This document shows positions 19,401-27,978 of a stretch of 64,000 nucleotides of DNA, one piece after another. A model generated the notes under the pieces. The model ran no database searches and had not been told where the DNA came from. It saw nothing but the letters and a program-made list of their open reading frames with translations. The stretch comes from a virus (taxonomy: Duplodnaviria > Caudoviricetes): the IMG/VR virus record IMGVR_UViG_3300025870_000004, positions 1 to 64,000 of that record; one strand, written 5' to 3'. The stretch's first letter is position 1, and every line of letters starts with the position of its first letter. The position numbers and the translations under genes were made by a program.

Positions 19401-21627
19401 CAAACCCTGCTTCACCAGTAATATTTTTCAATACACCATCGGTTGAAATGACAATCTTATCTCTGCGTGGTTGGTAATATGTTACATTACCTTGAAAGAT
19501 GTCACCATTGGTAGGAAGTTCATTTACTACAGCGCCTGTTCCCGTAAACGTTCCATCAGAGTCAACCACTGAACGGAAGTCAATCACATCACGCAAGTTT
19601 ACGGATGTGCGTGGCCCTGTTGAGAACGCAGGAATATCTTTGTAGTTCACCTGACCAGTGTATGATGTAACATCAAAGAAGTCACCACCACCGTGGGTGA
19701 AGTGTTTGAACCTTGTAAATATTGAACCAGATGGAGCAGTTGCACCTGTTTCTAAAACAAGGCGACCATTATCATAGTAGCCTGGTCTTTGACCTTTATC
19801 TACAGTAAAGAGGTATGATAGGTCTGCACCGTCAGAGTCGGTTTGTTTGATTGATATTACATCATAGATGTCAGCAGCATGAAGGTTGATAAACTTGACA
19901 CCACCACCATCAGACTCAACCGAACTACTAAATGTTGTTTCTGTCAAGGTCTTCTGACGAGAAGATGCCTGTGCTTTATTAACCTTCGCATAGATTGTAA
20001 CTGGTTGACTAGCAGGAAGATTCGTGATTTGAGCTGATAGTAAGTTCGCTGGTATTGTGATGGTCGCGCCAGTAACAACCGCGCCAGTATCGTCTCTTGT
20101 TACAATCCACTGATTTTTATTTACAAGTCTCTCACCAGCCGCGTTAACAGAAATCGTAATACTACCTGAACCATTAGTCCCACCAGCAAACTGTCTCTGA
20201 ACCTCAAAGTCAACATCTGTGATGTCAGAGGGTCTTGGGTTTGTTAATGGGTAAACAAGATTGACTTTATCACCTTCTTTGATAACGGCTTGACCATTCT
20301 CAAGGAGTGGGTTGATACAATCAATTGAATCTGTTCCGACAGACCTAATCTGACGAACTGCCGAACCACCATTCATTTTGATATCATAGAGATATACACG
20401 ATACTGTGAACCATCTTCTTCTACATAACGAACCTTTGCAGTCCCGATAGTAGAACCACCGTGAGTAGCCCCACTGCGTAGATTGACAACCTCTTGAGTG
20501 TTTGTATTCAAACGACCCAAAGTAGACGCACTGTCTGTAATGAAATACTGACCATAAGAAATACCAGTAACTTCGTTGTTAGTCGTTTCGGTTGTTCTTG
20601 GTTTTGCAATTGTCAGTTTCTTAGGAACTTCCGATGCACCACGATATCCGTTGATATATGCAATACCATCAGATACAGATGCAATCAGGTTTGTTCCTGA
20701 GTCGGTGAAGTCTACAGTGAAAGGACTTACGATATAGTTACCTGACTCTTCGCGAGTTCTCTCTGCAAGGACTTCATTGATTTTGTTATAATCTTCTGTT
20801 CCTGATACTTGGTCAAGGATTTGACCGTCAACAATATCACAGTAGTAAACAAAGTTCTCATCATTCGCAACTTGGTCTTGAGTTGTGAGGGTTAGTGTAA
20901 TACGATAACGGTCAGCGCCAGGCGAAGATAAGTTCGGAGTCGCACCCTGATTATCATACAATGCAGTATCGTCAGCAACAGTAACGATATCTTCAGTGAT
21001 TTTAAAACCAACGGTTTTGGTTGGGTTTCTCGTATATTTGGAAAGAATGAGTTCCTGTGGTTTGACAAATACAAAGTGACCACGAACAAAGAAGTCCCCC
21101 GCACCGTTAGCAACCTTAGAACCACGACCAACCGCAGGAGCAGCAGACTGAACAGTCAGTGTGTCTGACCCGTTGTTGATGTCCTCACCCGCAGACATGC
21201 GGATTGGGTTTGCGCCTGGCGTTGCAGCAGATGTATCAGTATATTGAACATACAGAGTTGCAGGGTCAGAACCTTCTGCCGTAACAACCTGAAGAACTCT
21301 TGCTTTGACACCAGATGTCTGACCAGTAAATTCAGTTCCAACCAGTGTGGTTGTGTCGGTAGGAAGAGTATTACTAGATGTATTCAGTTTGACGAATTCA
21401 TAGTTATTGTTGATTGTTGGCCCGCCTGGATTTACTGATGCACCCTCCTTGAAGATGTTGCGACCAAATCTTCCAATCTCCTCTTGGATGATAGTCTGCA
21501 TCTGTGTAAGTTCGCGAGCCTGCAAGGCACGACCACTATTGAAAAGGACGCGATGATAATTATCACTATCGATAAAATCGTCTTTGTAGGTCGTGGAGAA
21601 TGAGTTCTCTGAAAATGTGTTAGCCAT
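16486..21627 (-). CDS. Large virion structural protein, DUF4815 / VrlC-like
   Basis: YKDDF...YHRVLFNSGRALQARELTQMQTIIQ, PGADRY, KSGFFVDNF, DPLAQSF, GSLFKSQNGSTWT and C-terminal KDLRGIALA. Confidence 0.85.
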   Translation of the reverse strand: MANTFSENSFSTTYKDDFIDSDNYHRVLFNSGRALQARELTQMQTIIQEEIGRFGRNIFKEGASVNPGGPTINNNYEFVKLNTSSNTLPTDTTTLVGTEFTGQTSGVKARVLQVVTAEGSDPATLYVQYTDTSAATPGANPIRMSAGEDINNGSDTLTVQSAAPAVGRGSKVANGAGDFFVRGHFVFVKPQELILSKYTRNPTKTVGFKITEDIVTVADDTALYDNQGATPNLSSPGADRYRITLTLTTQDQVANDENFVYYCDIVDGQILDQVSGTEDYNKINEVLAERTREESGNYIVSPFTVDFTDSGTNLIASVSDGIAYINGYRGASEVPKKLTIAKPRTTETTNNEVTGISYGQYFITDSASTLGRLNTNTQEVVNLRSGATHGGSTIGTAKVRYVEEDGSQYRVYLYDIKMNGGSAVRQIRSVGTDSIDCINPLLENGQAVIKEGDKVNLVYPLTNPRPSDITDVDFEVQRQFAGGTNGSGSITISVNAAGERLVNKNQWIVTRDDTGAVVTGATITIPANLLSAQITNLPASQPVTIYAKVNKAQASSRQKTLTETTFSSSVESDGGGVKFINLHAADIYDVISIKQTDSDGADLSYLFTVDKGQRPGYYDNGRLVLETGATAPSGSIFTRFKHFTHGGGDFFDVTSYTGQVNYKDIPAFSTGPRTSVNLRDVIDFRSVVDSDGTFTGTGAVVNELPTNGDIFQGNVTYYQPRRDKIVISTDGVLKNITGEAGFDAQFPQTPENTLGLFLLEHNAYGLHDSDVSMTPLEAKRFTMADINNLEKRVDRLEEVTSLSLLEVDTSSLLVLDSSGSPRSKSGFFVDNFADRSFTDTENEENRSAIDPSRGLLSSQTEDNNINLVYDHSKSSNTILKGDNVYLNYTESVAISQTTISGAENVNPFAVITGEGSLTLSPASDEWFQTKYKPANVINKTATEDLGVLNEGRLGRGTASNRRRAAGSAWTWQPASWVPIAGFGFLGGLNLFGGWLSVPTWNVNGVRTVESRRLGGRWQQTTFEQRVVVSERTTRKVTGDRTVSLTFLPFMRSRKIMFRAEGMRPNTRYFPFFDGRDVSAYCREETFTRFASGTSLSYGNRYRNSSAHPQGSTNLESNADGKIEGSFFLPSKEGGLQFRGGTREFKLLDINIDNDAGALSRASTNYTSQGTLDTRQQTITNTRITTVRRRRWTEVTRRDPLAQSFYVNKPSGMFVTKVDVFFKSKDSTVPIEMQIRPVVNGQPSATDIITNAIKFLSPSEVNTAASQTQAAAVAAPTTFEFDEPIFLNPNTEYCIVLLAESKEYEAYVAETYAFELGSTEKRVNRQPSMGSLFKSQNGSTWTPDQTKDLAFKIYQADFNTAGGYAVFENADVPDEILANNPFFTDSGDATVTMLFPNHGYSVGDTINITGLDSATRYNGILGSSIMNPTAPNGLVTAVDGFGLRFEADSASTSAGRFGGSDIVVDQQLNFDVAIPNFSTILPDDTTLSYGVKFTTGSSLAGSETRYQKDPNYSGDIQIGDENLFPRPRLIAKTANEAAADKLNGERSVTFKVDLGTSRSDVSPMIDAQRTSLTTISNLIDNQDVTAPLNYQAETNAFGGSALSKHHTSVQNLEEDAVGLKVILAAVRPSGSHIDLYYRVANDGENIFDVDWTLQSSETTIAPDRENFREYRYLIGGDGGDLNSFTQYQLKLVFRTTNQSTPPIVKDLRGIALAV

Positions 21628-21637
21628 GAATCAAACC

Positions 21638-23002
21638 TTAAATTTGAATTACAATTTTAATATCTTCGGTCTGGTCACTTGCACGAGTGACTGCCGCTCG
21701 GTTATCAATATATAGGACATCACCAGTAGACGTTGTTACTTCGGGTGTAACATATGGTGCAAATGACGCATTAAGTGTTCCTGAACCCGAACCATTAGCT
21801 TCATTTACCGCTTCACCTGAATCGAAGTTAGAGAATCCAGTTACGTCAGTCTGGTGATACCAGACATTCGATGAGTCAACTTTGTCAACCAACGCTTTTG
21901 CGCCAGAAGTTGAACCGACAATTGTGTTGTCAGCGGTAAATCCTGTTGTCACCGCAGAGAAAACAAGTTTCTTCAACGCAATACCTGTTGATGCAGTGAA
22001 CAAATCTGAACCCGCACTATCTTTGATGTTTTTGACAAGACCAACTTGACGGAAGTCATTACCTACGATAAAGTCATCGTTCTCTGTTCCGTCTGGTTTT
22101 ACAGTGAACATGATACCACTCGCACGAAGGTCATCTCTTGGGTCAGCCCCAATACCACCCGCAGTTGTAAATATGGGACGAATTGATGCTGGTTTGGTTG
22201 GTGTGCCACCACCACTTACCGTAACAGTTGCATTGTTATACCCCGAACCAAATGCCAGTGTGCCAGAACTGTCGATGATTTCAACCTTGACAACGGCACT
22301 ACCTGAGATAGTTGCAGATGCTTTTGCTTCTGTTCCGTCACCCACAATAGTAAGTGTTGGATTTGAGGTATACCCAAGACCACCTGAGTCAACCACATAA
22401 CCCGTAATCTGACCACCAACAGCAACATTCTGAACAGACAACTGTTCAACATCAGAAGCAGGAGACGATGAGTCAGTAGTCCCTTGAAGTTTGATAGGCA
22501 GGAAGTTAGCAGCAACATATTTTGTCGCATCACCAGCGCCAATAGAATATAAGAACTTCCAGATGTAACCATCCGCAGTTGAGAATGCTGCACCTGTTGT
22601 GCCACCTGATGGCTGAATAGTCGATACTACCGCATTACCAGCAGTGTCTTTGGATTGTTGCAAACAAATGTATACTTGGTTCTCGTCATTCATGACATAA
22701 TATGTTTGTGATGGATAACCAACTTGTTTGTCATCATAGGCAGAATAGACAGCACCCGAAGACCAGTTGTAACGAGGAACAACAAAGGTTGAGTCAACAA
22801 TTTTCTTCACTGACTGAAGTCCATTACGGAAACCTCTTTCTTCCCATTGAGCATTAATTTCTGTTCGCTCAGCGTCAGAGGCATTCCAGTCTTCGGAACG
22901 ACCAATACCGATATAATAATTGCTCACCCCGGCCGAGTCTGCAAAATCAGTCAGAATCGACTGAATAACTTGTTTTTTTAGTGGATTAGTAATAACTGCC
23001 AT
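21638..23002 (-). CDS. gp8: Baseplate wedge subunit gp8
   Basis: YYIGIGRSEDW, VVPRYNWSSG, DGYIWKFLYSI, DFRQVGLVKN, GDVLYIDNR...QTEDIKIVIQI. Confidence 0.9.
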   Translation of the reverse strand: MAVITNPLKKQVIQSILTDFADSAGVSNYYIGIGRSEDWNASDAERTEINAQWEERGFRNGLQSVKKIVDSTFVVPRYNWSSGAVYSAYDDKQVGYPSQTYYVMNDENQVYICLQQSKDTAGNAVVSTIQPSGGTTGAAFSTADGYIWKFLYSIGAGDATKYVAANFLPIKLQGTTDSSSPASDVEQLSVQNVAVGGQITGYVVDSGGLGYTSNPTLTIVGDGTEAKASATISGSAVVKVEIIDSSGTLAFGSGYNNATVTVSGGGTPTKPASIRPIFTTAGGIGADPRDDLRASGIMFTVKPDGTENDDFIVGNDFRQVGLVKNIKDSAGSDLFTASTGIALKKLVFSAVTTGFTADNTIVGSTSGAKALVDKVDSSNVWYHQTDVTGFSNFDSGEAVNEANGSGSGTLNASFAPYVTPEVTTSTGDVLYIDNRAAVTRASDQTEDIKIVIQI

Positions 23003-23008
23003 TTTCTA

Positions 23009-24052
23009 TTATCCTGTTGTAGTTCCATTGTTGGCTACAATTACCCATTTACTTACTGAGGTGTTCCAAATCAACTGGCAACCATCACCTTCACCAAAGG
23101 CAATAAAACCATCACCAGAGTCTACACCCAAAATATTTGATGACCCACCCGATGGCGTAAGTCTTGTCTCACCCGCACCCACATTGATAAATGAATGCCA
23201 CTCACCTTGTGCCGTTCCATCAGCAATCGTTGGCGTGATAGGCGAACCAGAGTTGAAGACCGTCAGTGGTTCGTTTAGATTTATTGCTGTGTCTGTCGCC
23301 ACATCAGTTGATTTTTCTAGAATTAGTTTACTCTCGAAACTTACACCACCCGTTCCTTTACCTGTAATCTCAAGTGTGATATTTGTATCATCACCCGTTG
23401 CAGCGATAGAAGGATTGTTACCAGTCGCAGCCGTGGTAATACCAATATGATTGACTGCACTTGAAACATTGGTGAATGTAATATACTCATTAGACGAACT
23501 ATCGAGTAGGAGAGAACCATTTGTAAGACCCGTCAGGTTTGGATTGCTTACAGTCAAACCATCAATGGTTTTATTCTTAAGCGTCTGTGCGTGGTTCGCG
23601 AACACAAAAGTATCATCACCTGTCAGAAGTGGTAATGTTACGTTTCGGTCTGCGGCAAGTTCACTCACAGCAAATACATATTGGTGGTCTGCACTTGTAT
23701 CATTGATTTGTGGTGTTGTCAATACAGCACTTGTAAGAGTCTTGTTGGTCAACGTTTGGGTTGTTGTTGTCAAAACAAAGTTGTCACCAGTCGTGCCAGC
23801 AACAGGAATATTCACGACCACATCTGAAGATGGGTTACCGTCTAGTTTTAATTTTACTTCAAAGTCATCGGCAGTTGCACCCTCAAACAGGATACCGTCT
23901 GAGTCAAAAGATACCTGACTCGTTCCCGAATCACTACCAACGATAGTATAGAGTTCCGTGAAGTTTTCATTAATCTTCTGGGCAGCAGTGCGGAGGGTAT
24001 CACCCGTCCCGTCATTTGCTGTTGTGCCTCTATTAATAGTCTGTTTTGTCAT
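23009..24052 (-). CDS. Baseplate/tail-fibre connector with gp9/gp10-like N-terminus
   Basis: MTKQTINRGTTANDGTGDTLRTAAQKINENFTELY N-terminus and TQTLTNKTL repeats. Confidence 0.75.
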   Translation of the reverse strand: MTKQTINRGTTANDGTGDTLRTAAQKINENFTELYTIVGSDSGTSQVSFDSDGILFEGATADDFEVKLKLDGNPSSDVVVNIPVAGTTGDNFVLTTTTQTLTNKTLTSAVLTTPQINDTSADHQYVFAVSELAADRNVTLPLLTGDDTFVFANHAQTLKNKTIDGLTVSNPNLTGLTNGSLLLDSSSNEYITFTNVSSAVNHIGITTAATGNNPSIAATGDDTNITLEITGKGTGGVSFESKLILEKSTDVATDTAINLNEPLTVFNSGSPITPTIADGTAQGEWHSFINVGAGETRLTPSGGSSNILGVDSGDGFIAFGEGDGCQLIWNTSVSKWVIVANNGTTTG

Positions 24053-24075
24053 TTCTAAACCCTAAATGTTTATTC

Positions 24076-24083
24076 TATTTATA
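24076..24083 (-). promoter_or_regulatory. T4-type late promoter TATAAATA
   Basis: Exact motif between gp7 and the gp9-like gene. Confidence 0.8.
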
Positions 24084-24091
24084 ACACTTTA

Positions 24092-25096
24092 TCAATCAAG
24101 ATGACCAAGATTTAACAAATATTGGTCGGAATCACTACTGTAGAAGACATGTCTGTCTTGGTCGAATGTCTCGAATACGAAGGCATTTGACATATCCATA
24201 CCGTTTGTTCCTACCTCATCAGAGTCATCCATAGTTGGTGACGATGATATTTGTGCTTCACGAAGGTCACTGTATTGGTTATTAATTTTTTCAATCTCAA
24301 GAATAGAGAAGTCTTCTAGTCTAATCTTTGGATTAATTCTACTTAGGATACCAGCAGAGTCAGTTTTAAAGTCATCAACCAATGAAGTCAAGTCCGTTGT
24401 CGATGTGTCCCCAAATGATGCGTCAGAGTGAACGGCGATTGGTGGAGGTGGTGTAACCACAACATTTGGTGCGGTGATAGTATCTGTTACATTACTAACA
24501 ATCTGCACTTCCGAACCAATGAACATACCGGCTGGGTGAACGAACAACTTGTATGGTTCTCTCCACTCGTTAAATGAAATATCTGACTTAATCAAAATAG
24601 CAAACTTCTGATACAATTTATTATCGGTCAGAAACTTTCTGGAGTCAAATCCAATCTGAGAACTAGCTTCACCGATATTAAAGATTTGTTCTTTGGTGTA
24701 AATAATATCTGGGTCAATCGAAAAGAATGTTCTAAAGAACTGTTGAATCGAAAACTTCGTTCCCTTTGAACGATACAATGTGTTAGAATATTTCGCCGCA
24801 GCACGTTTGTCTGAGAAACCCTCAAAGTATGACTGACCTAACAGAAGTTCGTCCTCGATATAGGAGAGGAGTTCTATGTCAGTCTGTGTGATGTCCCTGC
24901 TATAGAACAGGTTATTAATCAACTTGGTAGGAGATGACTCATCATCTTCGTAGTGATAATACTCATCAAGGAGTGTGATAAGTTTTGGATACTCTGTGCG
25001 AAAGAACTCAGGCAAAACCTTTTCAATAGCACTTTCAGGAAAAGTAATCTCTCTCCTATTCAGGTCTGTCAGAGTATCGTCTTGTTTATGTCCCAT
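24092..25096 (-). CDS. gp7: Baseplate wedge initiator gp7-like (short form)
   Basis: LPEFFRTEYPKLITLLDEYY, LYRSKGTKFSIQQFFR, LYQKFAILIKS, FVHPAGM; follows gp6. Confidence 0.75.
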   Translation of the reverse strand: MGHKQDDTLTDLNRREITFPESAIEKVLPEFFRTEYPKLITLLDEYYHYEDDESSPTKLINNLFYSRDITQTDIELLSYIEDELLLGQSYFEGFSDKRAAAKYSNTLYRSKGTKFSIQQFFRTFFSIDPDIIYTKEQIFNIGEASSQIGFDSRKFLTDNKLYQKFAILIKSDISFNEWREPYKLFVHPAGMFIGSEVQIVSNVTDTITAPNVVVTPPPPIAVHSDASFGDTSTTDLTSLVDDFKTDSAGILSRINPKIRLEDFSILEIEKINNQYSDLREAQISSSPTMDDSDEVGTNGMDMSNAFVFETFDQDRHVFYSSDSDQYLLNLGHLD

Positions 25097-26922
25097 TAGT
25101 TTGTGACTCCAGGCTCAACATCTACGATACGAGCAAAGGAACGACTCTCGTCGTGTTCGACAATATCTTGTCTAAATGGTGTTAACACACTCTGGTTGGC
25201 GGGTATTGCGCTGAGTTTTATGAACAACCTAGAACCAGAAACCTCATCAACTTGAAGACCGACAATTCTTACTGTGTCTCCAGTATAGTCACCAACATTA
25301 TCTATGATGATTTCTGTGTCATCGAGGTTGAAGACTTCAAGTTTGTTAGAACCTAATCTGTTTCTTAAAATACAGTTTTTGTTTCTGAACTTAAATCCAG
25401 TTGATTGAATGATATGATTTTCATCATCTGGCGAAGCGAGGGCGGCCGCATAACGCAGAGTGTGTGCCTGAACCGCAGTGAGGGTCGGTGTAAATCTGCG
25501 TTGCATCTTAACACTCATACGAGACGACAGAATAGAAGGACTGTTTGCATCAATCAGTGTCAAGAGGTTTGAACGTCTGAATGACTGGTCAAACTTACCT
25601 GTGCTAGTGCTGAAGTAATCGCGCACTACAGTTTTGATATTGTCGGCGACCGTGTTGCGTGAGAGTGTTGTCAAGTTCTGATTGAACTGGAAAAATACTT
25701 CTGTCTCAATAAAAGTCTTGATAGGGTCAGAGAACTTCAGATTAAATGATGCAACGGATAGTTGTTCTGAGAGGTCAACGATTGCCTGTTTGGTGGACGT
25801 TTCAGTTGCAACACCAACATCATCATTGAACAATACAGATATAAAGATTGTTCCAAACTCTGGTTCAAGGGCATCTTCTCCACCAAAGGACTTGATGTCT
25901 TTGATGAGTGTCGAGAAGTTCTTGAGAACCAACGCGGAGTAATCCACAGCCGTGACCATTCTGTTCTGTGACGCATACTGGAATGGTGCATTCTGACGAA
26001 TCGACTCAATAGTCTCTTTGTCACCACCACCCACAGATTTTGCAACAGTCGATACAGTAACATCATATCCTGTTCCATTGATAGTTACCTGACTTTGTGG
26101 TTCAAAGATATTTGCGGTATCTGCATCAGAACCATTCACTGCCAGATAATCAATAGTGATTTTACTACCTTCGGTAGGAGCGGTTCCCAGTGTTGCACCG
26201 TTACCGAAAGACAACTCAAATAATCCGTTTGGAGTTTCCTTCAAAATATACAGTGTCGAATTGGCGTTGATTGTAGTTGCATCGGTTAGGTTTGTGTATG
26301 TGACAAAACTAGAAGACGAAGGCGACTCGTATACACGAATCACAGCAGTCTCGATATCGAGGAGTTCGTCAGGAATTACATATACAGCATTCTCTTCCGA
26401 CTTATTTGCAAGGAATGTTTTCACTCTTGTAGTTCCCTCAAAGATATTGATGTCTTCCGAACCTGTCGAGGTTTTGAATTCATAGACACCCGCGCCATCG
26501 TCTGTCGCAGAGAGGTCTACTTGTGTTTGGAAAACATAGTCTGTATCATCAACCGTTGCATTGAACTTGAAACCAGACGCGATTTGGATTATGGTTGGGC
26601 GACCAGATACACCACTCAGGTTCATTGACAAATTCACGATGGCCTTCGAAGATGTCTTGGAGTCTGGAATGTAACCGATACCCTCTGCAAGGGAGACAAG
26701 AGAACTACGCAGTTGGGCAGTTCCTAGAAATGATTCATTCAACGCAAAGTTTGCGGTCAGTGCGTTGTAATGTGTGTTGTATGCGAGAACATCTAGGATA
26801 TTCGAAAGACCCGATGCCTCGAAGTTATAGTCAGCAAACTCAGGTTTATCGGCAAGAAATGTTTTTAGATTATTCTTGATTGCCGTAAAATCTAGTGCTG
26901 TTGATTTTATTGTTGTTGCCAT
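25096..26922 (-). CDS. gp6: Baseplate wedge subunit gp6
   Basis: LDFTAIKNNLKTFL...DYNFEASGLSNILDVLAYNTHY, QNRMVTAVDY. Confidence 0.95.
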   Translation of the reverse strand: MATTIKSTALDFTAIKNNLKTFLADKPEFADYNFEASGLSNILDVLAYNTHYNALTANFALNESFLGTAQLRSSLVSLAEGIGYIPDSKTSSKAIVNLSMNLSGVSGRPTIIQIASGFKFNATVDDTDYVFQTQVDLSATDDGAGVYEFKTSTGSEDINIFEGTTRVKTFLANKSEENAVYVIPDELLDIETAVIRVYESPSSSSFVTYTNLTDATTINANSTLYILKETPNGLFELSFGNGATLGTAPTEGSKITIDYLAVNGSDADTANIFEPQSQVTINGTGYDVTVSTVAKSVGGGDKETIESIRQNAPFQYASQNRMVTAVDYSALVLKNFSTLIKDIKSFGGEDALEPEFGTIFISVLFNDDVGVATETSTKQAIVDLSEQLSVASFNLKFSDPIKTFIETEVFFQFNQNLTTLSRNTVADNIKTVVRDYFSTSTGKFDQSFRRSNLLTLIDANSPSILSSRMSVKMQRRFTPTLTAVQAHTLRYAAALASPDDENHIIQSTGFKFRNKNCILRNRLGSNKLEVFNLDDTEIIIDNVGDYTGDTVRIVGLQVDEVSGSRLFIKLSAIPANQSVLTPFRQDIVEHDESRSFARIVDVEPGVTN

Positions 26923-26923
26923 C

Positions 26924-27373
26924 TTATCTCAACCTTGAAAGTCTAGTTGTAAATTCAACTTGCTCTTCTGTGTTTACTACCTTAAATTTTACTGTGACAT
27001 TGAGAGTATGATTATCTGGGTATAAATCTACCACGACATCCAAGACTTCTGCTCTTGGTTCATATGCCTCAATGTTGTCTATAATATTATCTCTCAGAAT
27101 AGAAGACCCATTTCTATCCGCTAACTCAAAGAGTTGACCCCGTATATCTCCACCGAAGAATGGGTCAAATGGTTTCTCAAGAAGGTTTGTCATGACGAGC
27201 GTCTTGATTGCTTGCTTTACCGCAGCCGCATCCTTCTTCTTAAAAATCTCTCCGCTTGTAGGTTTTGCCTGAAATGTCAGGTCAATATCGATATATTCCT
27301 TTACACGACTACTCGTCACCGATGACGTGTTGAGGTCTGTATCTTCCTGTGCGAATGCTCTTCTAGTTGCCAT
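26924..27373 (-). CDS. gp25: Baseplate wedge subunit gp25
   Basis: AVKQAIKTLVMTNLLEKPFDPFFGGDIRGQLFE...IEAYEPRAEV. Confidence 0.9.
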   Translation of the reverse strand: MATRRAFAQEDTDLNTSSVTSSRVKEYIDIDLTFQAKPTSGEIFKKKDAAAVKQAIKTLVMTNLLEKPFDPFFGGDIRGQLFELADRNGSSILRDNIIDNIEAYEPRAEVLDVVVDLYPDNHTLNVTVKFKVVNTEEQVEFTTRLSRLR

Positions 27374-27378
27374 GTCTC

Positions 27379-27386
27379 TATTTATA
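27379..27386 (-). promoter_or_regulatory. T4-type late promoter TATAAATA
   Basis: Exact motif immediately upstream of gp25. Confidence 0.75.
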
Positions 27387-27978
27387 AGACTTTTTCACGG
27401 ATTTCGATAAGTTCATCCGAACTCATCAAACTATTGTTGAAATAAGTCTCTACTTTCTTACTAAATGATACATCGAAACTGGAGGGGACGGTCGGAAACT
27501 CTAATCCAATCTGACCAGTTAGACTTTCATCTGGATTATAATTGTCATAGTCCAAATACAAAGCACCAAAGTTGATATAATCTTTCCAGTATTCTGCAAC
27601 GTCAAAGGTCTTCTCGAAGTCAATCTTTCCGTCCTGACCAATGACTTGATAGTATACCAAACGACCATCTGACTTCTTCTTCATAGTCTCATCATTCAGG
27701 TCAGGTGTCTGTAGGTCATAGATGCCTTCGGATACAATCAGTCTCACATCGTTGAAGTGAGTTGTGTTACCGTTGATTGTTCTCATGGCCTCTGCCTGTA
27801 GATACAGGTTTCTCGCAATCTGTTTGCGTTCTGATACAGTCGCAACATGATTGAATGGTGTGCGGTCACCATACGCACCCAGAAACTTTGACATCGTAAT
27901 GCCAGGCGCAAGGGTAGTCGCAGAGGTAATCTCCGACTGGAGTTCTGGATTGTAGGTTGGGTCAACTAGAATAATCAT
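27382..27978 (-). CDS. Hypothetical protein between gp5 and gp25
   Basis: 198-aa ORF coupled (ATGA overlap) to the gp5 C-terminal gene. Confidence 0.6.
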   Translation of the reverse strand: MIILVDPTYNPELQSEITSATTLAPGITMSKFLGAYGDRTPFNHVATVSERKQIARNLYLQAEAMRTINGNTTHFNDVRLIVSEGIYDLQTPDLNDETMKKKSDGRLVYYQVIGQDGKIDFEKTFDVAEYWKDYINFGALYLDYDNYNPDESLTGQIGLEFPTVPSSFDVSFSKKVETYFNNSLMSSDELIEIREKVL

